NCBI GenBank assembly: GCA_017477845.1
Contig: JAFUTR010000010.1
Location: 11,282 to 75,281, forward strand
From: Bacilli bacterium
GTDB lineage: Bacteria > Bacillota_I > Bacilli_A > RF39 > UBA660
Length of the DNA stretch: 64,000 bases
Direction: 5' to 3'
Position numbers and translations under genes: made by a program. Positions 57,727 through 64,000 of the stretch are shown here, piece by piece. The notes below the pieces were generated by a model that had not been told where the DNA came from, searched no databases, and worked only from the letters and a program-made list of their open reading frames with translations. The stretch's first letter is position 1. Each line of letters opens with the position of its first letter.

Positions 57727-58353
57727 TTAGAATACATTACTTATTAAATCATCAATAAAATTAATCAATTTATTAAATATATCACCTAGAAAATTAAAAA
57801 TCATTTGGAAAAAACCAACTTTTTCTTCTTTTTCATCTTGCTCTTCTTTCTCTTCTTGTGATTCTTCTTTTTCTTCTTTCCAAATACCTAGTTTTTTTTC
57901 TTTAGCACTATTTTGAGCTTCTTTTAATTCATCAATATGCAAATAATCATCATTAATATACATTATTTTTGCATATCCCAAAGATAATAAATCTTTTTGT
58001 AATAGTGTATCATCTACATATACCCATGCTTGAATTCGTCCAAATTTATCTTCTTTTTCACTGTTAGGATCATATTCTATTTTAATTTTTTTAGCATTTT
58101 TTAAGGCATTGCAAACATAGTCACTAACTAAGCTTTCATTTATTTCATCTGTTTCATCATCTTTAATTGTTTCTTCTACTTCTATTCCAAGGAATTTTAC
58201 TTTAATTTCTCCAAGATTTAACATAAATCTGGCACTATTACCATCTACACAGTTACTTAATGTAACGGTATCACTTGTTACTTCATTTGCTGCGAAAACT
58301 TTAAATGGTAAAATAATGGTTAGAAGAATTAATAATAACGTTATTTTCTTCAT
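57727..58353 (-). CDS. Secreted thermonuclease (staphylococcal nuclease/SNase-like)
   Basis: It has a signal peptide. TLSNCVDGNSARF…IKVKFLGIEVEE…FGRIQAWVYVDDTLLQKDLLSLGYAKI matches the SNase fold (VxDGDT…RLxGIDxPE…GRxLAxV.). The tail is acidic and KE-rich. Confidence 0.6.
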   Translation of the reverse strand: MKKITLLLILLTIILPFKVFAANEVTSDTVTLSNCVDGNSARFMLNLGEIKVKFLGIEVEETIKDDETDEINESLVSDYVCNALKNAKKIKIEYDPNSEKEDKFGRIQAWVYVDDTLLQKDLLSLGYAKIMYINDDYLHIDELKEAQNSAKEKKLGIWKEEKEESQEEKEEQDEKEEKVGFFQMIFNFLGDIFNKLINFIDDLISNVF

Positions 58354-58367
58354 TATTTACCTCACTA

Positions 58368-60974
58368 CTAGTCATCAAAGAAGTCATCAAAAAAATTATC
58401 ATCTTTTGCTGCATCATCTAATTTAATAGTTGCTGTTTTTTTAAAGTCACTAATGTATGACTCTTGATCGTTTTTTAAATCATTTAGTTTGTTTTCAATA
58501 TCTTGAATCATTTCTTTTTCTTCTAAATCAGTATTTGTTTCAACTACTTGTTTTTCTTTTTTACTATTATTTAATACAGCATTAACAGTATCTTGTAATT
58601 CTTTATTTATTTCACTATTAATTCTCTTATTATTTCTTGCAAGTTCATCTTTCTTTATGATTTCATCAGTTATTCTATCATTAACAATTCTTTCAAGCTC
58701 TTCACTATCAATTGAAATAGAAGGTTTAATATCAGGTTCTTTTATTTCTTTTGCTTCTTCTTTTTTGTTATCTATTTCTTCTATTTTAGCAATAGGAACT
58801 TCTTCTTTCATTCCTTTAAGTTTTTCATTTACTTTCTTTTCTATTTCTTCGCTTGAAATTGTGAAATCATCATCTAAAAGTTCAACATTTTCATTTTTAC
58901 TGTAATTAACTATTGATTTTTTTTCTGCTTCTTCAATATTATTTTTTTCTTCATTATGATAATTATTAATTGTAATATTATTTATTACGTTTTCTTTTTC
59001 TTTTTGCTCTACTTTATTAGATGAAATTGATTCTAGTTGTCTTTTTCTTTTCTCTTCTTGTTCTTTTTTCATCTTTTCTTCTTGTTCTTCTTTTTCTATT
59101 TCAGCTAATTTTTCATCTATTTTTCTTACCAAATCATTTACTGATAATTCATTCTTTGGCGACATCATTGGAAAAGGCATTCTTCCTCCAGAATTAGAAC
59201 TTGTTTCTATTTCATCTTTTGGATTTATTCCCATTCCTTTCATCATTTCATTTATTTTTTGATTCTTTTTTTCCTTAACAAATTCTCTTATATCAAAAAT
59301 TTCAACTTTTCTTTTTTCTCTTGTTGGATAGTCAACTTTAGGAGATATACAATTTCCCCAATCTATTTTAAAATCAGGTACAAATGAAGTTTTGAATGGA
59401 CTTTTTCTCATTCTTAAGACAATGTGATCAAACTGTTTCATTCTTTGTAAGTCACTTACTGTAACAAGTGGAGTTGAAGCTGTTTTATCATCTTTTTTAG
59501 ATTTCTTTTCTCCACAAAGTTTGCTTATTTCTTCAAGTGCTGCTAACTCTGTTGATATTAGGTAAATAATGTTTCCACAGTTACCTTTTATCGTTTCAGC
59601 ATCATCTTTTCCATATACTTTGTTTAATTGAGCAAAATTTTGAATAATCATTGTAAATCTAATTTGTCTTGAACGTGCTGCAGTTATCATTGTTGTAACG
59701 TCTTTCAATGGTGGCATGTTAGCAAACTCATCAAGCAAGAAATTTGTTCTACAAGGAAGTTTTCCTCCATGTTCTTGTGCCACATCGATTAATGTTTCAT
59801 ATATTTGCTTAATTAAAATTGTTGCAAGTGAGTGATATGTTTTCTTTTCATCTTGAATGATTATAAATACCGCTGTTTTTTGTGTTCCTATTGAATCAAG
59901 TTTGAAATCACTATAACTTAACATTTCTGATAAATTTTCACGTGATGCAAACAATTTAACTTTTTGTTTGAATACTGAAATTATTCCACCTTTTGTTTCA
60001 TTAGGTGCCATTACAGTTCCACTTGCATTAACATAAGCAGCGCCAGCTGGATCTTTCATATTGAAATATTCTTTTATGTATGTTGACCCACCAAATTTAT
60101 CTTCCCCAACTGTTGCAGTCATATTGATACTATTAATGTTTATTTTATCTTCTGTTGTATCTTCAAACATCGCAAGTGCTATACCTGAAAAGTAATCAGC
60201 TGCAGTTTTCTCCCAGAATGGGTCACTATTAGCGTTTGTTTCATCATACAAAATATTTAAAGCTAGGTCATCAAGAAGTTCTATTGCTTTGTCCTGATTT
60301 CCTTCTTTATAAAGTCTATAAGGAAGTTCTAGAGGATTCCATGTGTTTCCATTTTGTGGATTACGGAAATTTAAAAGAATTATGTTATAACCATTTTCTT
60401 TTAATAATCCTCCTGCTTTTTCATATATTTCACCTTTTGGGTCTGTTACTACTACTGACTCACCTTTTTTGGCAAGTACTTTGATTGTAGGTAAAATTGT
60501 ATCTTGAGTTTTACCTGAACCCGTAGCACCAATAACTAGTGTGTGATATTCTCCATCATCAACCCAAAGTTCGTGTCCGTTGCTTATTAGTGGAACTCCT
60601 GCATAATCTGATTTTGGATCACTTGCTAAAACTCTTTTAACATTCTTATCTGTTTTAATATCTTTAACTTTAGCCCAATCACTATATCCTCCACCACTAG
60701 AACTACTAATTTTTAATCCAACTCCTTCTTGGAATTCAAAGAAGTAGGAATTAACACTTAGAATTAATCCAACTAAGGCAACTATATAAAATACCAAAGT
60801 GTGTCCAATATATTCAGGTGAAAATGCTTCAATTGGATTTAATCCATAAAACATCCCTTCACTTGCAAGACTAGGTATATTTAAAACTCCAAGTGCTACT
60901 ACATATAGCAAAAACAAGGCAAAAATTATAAAAATAACTATGTCTCTTGGAGTTGCAACAAATTTAAATTTCAT
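58368..60974 (-). CDS. VirD4/TraG-type type IV coupling-protein-like ATPase (FtsK-HerA superfamily) with a long charged C-terminal extension
   Basis: It has two N-terminal transmembrane helices. HTLVIGATGSGKTQDTILPTIKVLAKKGESVVVTDPKGEIY is the Walker A region with the T4CP-like DPKGE. NFLLDEFANMPPL is the Walker B region; LLDEF is the T4CP pattern, against the DELADL of FtsK. The C-terminal ~300 aa are K/E-rich. Confidence 0.6.
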   Translation of the reverse strand: MKFKFVATPRDIVIFIIFALFLLYVVALGVLNIPSLASEGMFYGLNPIEAFSPEYIGHTLVFYIVALVGLILSVNSYFFEFQEGVGLKISSSSGGGYSDWAKVKDIKTDKNVKRVLASDPKSDYAGVPLISNGHELWVDDGEYHTLVIGATGSGKTQDTILPTIKVLAKKGESVVVTDPKGEIYEKAGGLLKENGYNIILLNFRNPQNGNTWNPLELPYRLYKEGNQDKAIELLDDLALNILYDETNANSDPFWEKTAADYFSGIALAMFEDTTEDKININSINMTATVGEDKFGGSTYIKEYFNMKDPAGAAYVNASGTVMAPNETKGGIISVFKQKVKLFASRENLSEMLSYSDFKLDSIGTQKTAVFIIIQDEKKTYHSLATILIKQIYETLIDVAQEHGGKLPCRTNFLLDEFANMPPLKDVTTMITAARSRQIRFTMIIQNFAQLNKVYGKDDAETIKGNCGNIIYLISTELAALEEISKLCGEKKSKKDDKTASTPLVTVSDLQRMKQFDHIVLRMRKSPFKTSFVPDFKIDWGNCISPKVDYPTREKRKVEIFDIREFVKEKKNQKINEMMKGMGINPKDEIETSSNSGGRMPFPMMSPKNELSVNDLVRKIDEKLAEIEKEEQEEKMKKEQEEKRKRQLESISSNKVEQKEKENVINNITINNYHNEEKNNIEEAEKKSIVNYSKNENVELLDDDFTISSEEIEKKVNEKLKGMKEEVPIAKIEEIDNKKEEAKEIKEPDIKPSISIDSEELERIVNDRITDEIIKKDELARNNKRINSEINKELQDTVNAVLNNSKKEKQVVETNTDLEEKEMIQDIENKLNDLKNDQESYISDFKKTATIKLDDAAKDDNFFDDFFDD

Positions 60975-61045
60975 ATTAAAGTCACATCCTTAAATTCATT
61001 TTAAATCATATCATAAAAGTACTTATTTTTCAATATTTATAAGGC

Positions 61046-63286
61046 TTAGTCGTATTCTTCTTGTAAATATTTATCATCACCTATGTATAAAGAATTTATT
61101 TTGCATTTTTCTTGGTCTACAGCATTTTCTAATACTCTTACATTAGCCTTTGGATAGAATAGTCTAATAATTGCATCTTGCTCATAATCAAATAATCCAA
61201 AGTATCCTATTCCATATTGGCTTGCTCCTCTTCCATGCCCACCTGATGGTGTATATGAAAATCCATATTCTGTTTCACCAGTATCAGAATCGACACTTTC
61301 AAATTCAAATTCCCAACAAACTTCTTTTGTAGCTTGACTAGGAGTTCCACCAGGCCAGTTAGGAACTCTATCAATTGAAGGAGAATACCTTATACTAGTT
61401 CCTCCATATAATAAATCATGTGGTCTTGATTTTTGATTCTGAAAACATGGACAATCTAAATATTTACTATCAGCACTAATAAAAGATTTACCAGTTCTTT
61501 TTGCATATTCATCAACATTGATTGGAAGATTTTGTTGTTCATCAGGTAAATAATAAAATCCGTTTTCTACTGTATTTTTAATTGGACAGAAAGCATCATA
61601 TTCTGTTTTATATACATCAGCTTCTCTATAGTCTGATACTACCAAACCTTTTGTTTCTTCAACGGCTTTAGCAATTTCAGGATATTTTTCTTTAGAATAT
61701 CCCGCATTGTAGTTTTGATTATCTGAGCTATTTTCAATAGTACCACTTCCATCAGTACCCACTATAGAAATGGCATAACTTCTTGCAAGGATAGCAAAAG
61801 CTTTTAGTGACTCTTCACTTCCACTATGATATTCTGCTAATAAAACTCCACCAATATATTGATCTTCAAATGGAATTGATTCAACGCTTCCATCTTTGTT
61901 TTCAATAGTTATATTTTCAATAGAACTTTCTATTATTTTATTATTTCCACAACTTTTCTTAATAGTTTCATAATAATCATATATTTCATTTGCTATTTCG
62001 ATTATTTTACTCAAATTTATTCTATAATTTTCTTCTGGATCTTCACTTTTTTCTTCACTTAAATAATCTTTAAGGTATTCATGTAAGAATCCACTTTGAT
62101 TAACTAAATTCCAAAAATATACTCCACCAGTATTAGGATCTTTTTCATAAACAAATTCATTATTTTCATAATTTGTATGATAGTATTCTCCTCTTTCAGT
62201 TGATAAAACTCTAACAACTGGTACTTTATATTTTCCACTAGGTGCTTCAGTACATTTAGCATTTAACTCTGCATCGGCAGCACTTCTAAATCCTTTAAAC
62301 CAGTTTACTGGATTAAACCATCCATACCAAGGAAATTCATTTATCTCAAGATCATTTTTAGCATATTGTTCAATTGTTTCATCCTCACCGCAATTTAAGT
62401 CTTTAGCATATTCTGAATCAAGTGGAACGTATGTTAACATTTGCATTTTTGCAAGAAGTTCTGCTTGATCTCCCCACGAGTCTAAAAATTCTGTCCAAGT
62501 AAGAGATTGATCTTTAAACATATAACATTCATCTTCTCCGCATGTTCCATCATCCACAGGTGTTATTAAATTATTTTCAATAGGTGCAATTAAAGTAGCA
62601 AGTATTAAGAATTTATCTACTTCAAGGCTATATTTGTCACTTACTTCTTTTGTTATTTTTTCAACTTTTTCATAAAGGCCAGGATAGGTTTTAAAGATAT
62701 TTATTTCTTTTTCATCATAGCCATAATACTCTGATTCAACTGTTCCACCATTAACATTACTAAATATCTGACTATCAGCGTTTTTAAATATGGTTGAAAT
62801 AATTATAATTAAAAACAAGATTGGTCCAAATAATCCTAGTAAAGCTAGAATAAGCATTTTTATTCTTCTTTCTTTGTCCATTTCAACTTTAACATTTCTA
62901 ATGCCTTCAATAGAATTATCTGCTTTTGAATACGCATCAAGATATTTTTGCCCTTTCGGTGTATTTAAAATAGCATCAGTAGCTGCTCCTGCAATAGGAT
63001 TAACTGCCCCTGCTGCTTGAGAAATTGCTTTTTTAGCTTGCTCTTTTTTTTGCTTTTCTTTAGCTCTTTGCATTTTTATAGCAAGACTCTTAGCTAATTC
63101 ATTATTTTCTTCACCATATTGGTTTTTATTTCTATAATCATTTGCTAAATAGCCATTAGTTTTTTTTACTAAAGAGTTAGTAGGAGGTGTATAAACTGGC
63201 TGATTATGTTTAATAGTATTGTTTTGATTATTAAAATTAGTTTTATTAGAAGTTTCATTTCTATGATTTTTAGCAAGATAAGCCAT
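61046..63286 (-). CDS. Membrane protein with a C-terminal SpoIID/LytB-like domain
   Basis: One transmembrane helix is MLILALLGLFGPILFLIIIISTIF. The C-terminal region …EESLKAFAILARSYAIS…GLVVSDY…GHGRGASQYGIGYFG…AIIRLFYP follows the SpoIID/LytB consensus (…ALKAQAVAARTYA…GHGVGMSQ.GA…IL.HYY). Confidence 0.5.
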   Translation of the reverse strand: MAYLAKNHRNETSNKTNFNNQNNTIKHNQPVYTPPTNSLVKKTNGYLANDYRNKNQYGEENNELAKSLAIKMQRAKEKQKKEQAKKAISQAAGAVNPIAGAATDAILNTPKGQKYLDAYSKADNSIEGIRNVKVEMDKERRIKMLILALLGLFGPILFLIIIISTIFKNADSQIFSNVNGGTVESEYYGYDEKEINIFKTYPGLYEKVEKITKEVSDKYSLEVDKFLILATLIAPIENNLITPVDDGTCGEDECYMFKDQSLTWTEFLDSWGDQAELLAKMQMLTYVPLDSEYAKDLNCGEDETIEQYAKNDLEINEFPWYGWFNPVNWFKGFRSAADAELNAKCTEAPSGKYKVPVVRVLSTERGEYYHTNYENNEFVYEKDPNTGGVYFWNLVNQSGFLHEYLKDYLSEEKSEDPEENYRINLSKIIEIANEIYDYYETIKKSCGNNKIIESSIENITIENKDGSVESIPFEDQYIGGVLLAEYHSGSEESLKAFAILARSYAISIVGTDGSGTIENSSDNQNYNAGYSKEKYPEIAKAVEETKGLVVSDYREADVYKTEYDAFCPIKNTVENGFYYLPDEQQNLPINVDEYAKRTGKSFISADSKYLDCPCFQNQKSRPHDLLYGGTSIRYSPSIDRVPNWPGGTPSQATKEVCWEFEFESVDSDTGETEYGFSYTPSGGHGRGASQYGIGYFGLFDYEQDAIIRLFYPKANVRVLENAVDQEKCKINSLYIGDDKYLQEEYD

Positions 63287-63342
63287 TTTATCACCACCTT
63301 TTCATATAAAATAATTATATCACTTTAATCTAATATTTCCTA

Positions 63343-63379
63343 CAAATAAAAGAAAAAAGTTAATGCTATTAACATTAAC
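63343..63379 (-). terminator. Rho-independent terminator
   Basis: A GTTAATG/CATTAAC hairpin is followed by TTTTTTCT on the minus strand. Confidence 0.45.
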
Positions 63380-63990
63380 TATAAAATTGCTGGTACCAAG
63401 TTTGGTGCATTATTTATTATTTGATAAGATAGATAAATCAATACTTCACTGGCTGAAAGAGTTTTTAAAAAACCTAAGAAATCATTTTCAAACATTTCTC
63501 GTGATTCTTCAATACTTTCAATCGTTTCTTTATTTGCTTCTACTAGTGACTTTAATTCTTCAGGCGAGAAACTTCTTAATTTATCGATTATATCTTGATT
63601 AAACATACCATTTTTTCCTGTTAACCATCTAATTGAAAGATCCCCACTTTCTAATAACTTTTTAGCAGAGTCCGTTGTATATCCCATTTCATTAACAACA
63701 TAGTTTAAAGCATCTTCATAACTGTTGAATACATCTACTCCCATATTTGAAATATTAGGAATGCATGACTTTAATGCTTCATAAATAGAGTTCATATCAA
63801 TTGTGTTTTTAGTATTTCTAATACTTTCCATATAATTTCTAAATAGAGGGGTATCAATTATTTCTCTTATTCTTTCAGGAAGATTATTTCCAAAGCTACT
63901 TGGATCTATTCCATTTTCTAAATTTAAAGCTCTTCCAACTTCTAAAGCTCTTGGAAGATGCGCTGGATACTTTTCTTTCAAATTTTCCAT
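63379..63990 (-). CDS. Hypothetical protein
   Basis: It is an intact 203-aa ORF starting 10 nt from the window end. No motif was recognised. Confidence 0.35.
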   Translation of the reverse strand: MENLKEKYPAHLPRALEVGRALNLENGIDPSSFGNNLPERIREIIDTPLFRNYMESIRNTKNTIDMNSIYEALKSCIPNISNMGVDVFNSYEDALNYVVNEMGYTTDSAKKLLESGDLSIRWLTGKNGMFNQDIIDKLRSFSPEELKSLVEANKETIESIEESREMFENDFLGFLKTLSASEVLIYLSYQIINNAPNLVPAIL

Positions 63991-64000
63991 TATTTGTTCT

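Noticed and set aside
58368-60974. The 868-aa ATPase as a second FtsK/SpoIIIE (SftA-like) translocase
   Set aside because: It has only two transmembrane helices and a Walker B of LLDEFANM, not the DELADL of the bona fide FtsK at 42450..44765. It also lacks a gamma winged-helix domain and carries a long K/E-rich tail. A T4 coupling protein type is the better fit.
1-64000. The Mollicutes genetic code (TGA=Trp) suggested by the extreme AT-richness and DUF285 repeats
   Set aside because: Multi-kb ORFs (polC at 1649 aa, the 1373-aa surface protein) are uninterrupted under code 11. Trp is encoded by TGG throughout the conserved motifs. Walled-cell genes (mraY, PBP, ftsW) are present.

Overview
This is a very AT-rich (~25% GC by eye) Firmicutes-like chromosomal segment. 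Long intact ORFs with TGA stops point to the standard code 11, not the Mollicutes code. Almost all genes are on the minus strand. The core genes form a compact cluster, listed here from high to low coordinate: ftsA-ftsZ-ftsK, deoD, a pair of M16 peptidases, divIVA-sepF, rpmB, dnaE and polC (adjacent), dnaG-rpoD-trmK, rlmI, an Ham1-like ITPase, a Wzx-like flippase, a MIP channel, PBP2B-mraY-ftsW, and further along holA and tRNA-Cys. Several accessory insertions overlie this core.

(1) The ftsW/spoVE-type SEDS gene after mraY is split. A 3.7-kb cassette carrying a large serine recombinase sits between its two halves. The break falls at a 7-bp direct repeat (CAGGTGG), and the two flanks rejoin in frame, so this looks like a programmed intervening element rather than a random insertion. 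A second plasmid-like module (rep-parA-parB plus an HEPN-like protein) abuts the distal side.

(2) Upstream of ftsA there is an unannotated class-IIb-like bacteriocin locus: two overlapping double-glycine-leader peptide genes (46 and 57 aa), a small hydrophobic immunity-like ORF, a C39-peptidase ABC exporter and a short accessory protein.

(3) A HerA-family ATPase sits at the head of the sepF-divIVA unit, next to a 1373-aa DUF285-repeat surface protein.

(4) A VirD4/TraG-type coupling ATPase is flanked by a membrane protein with a SpoIID/LytB domain and a secreted thermonuclease, in the same gene string as holA.

(5) A 1.15-kb islet carrying only a DUF3800 gene lies next to tRNA-Cys(GCA), bounded by ~24-bp direct repeats.

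No CRISPR array or rRNA was found. No homology search was possible, so every family assignment rests on motifs visible in the ORF translations.
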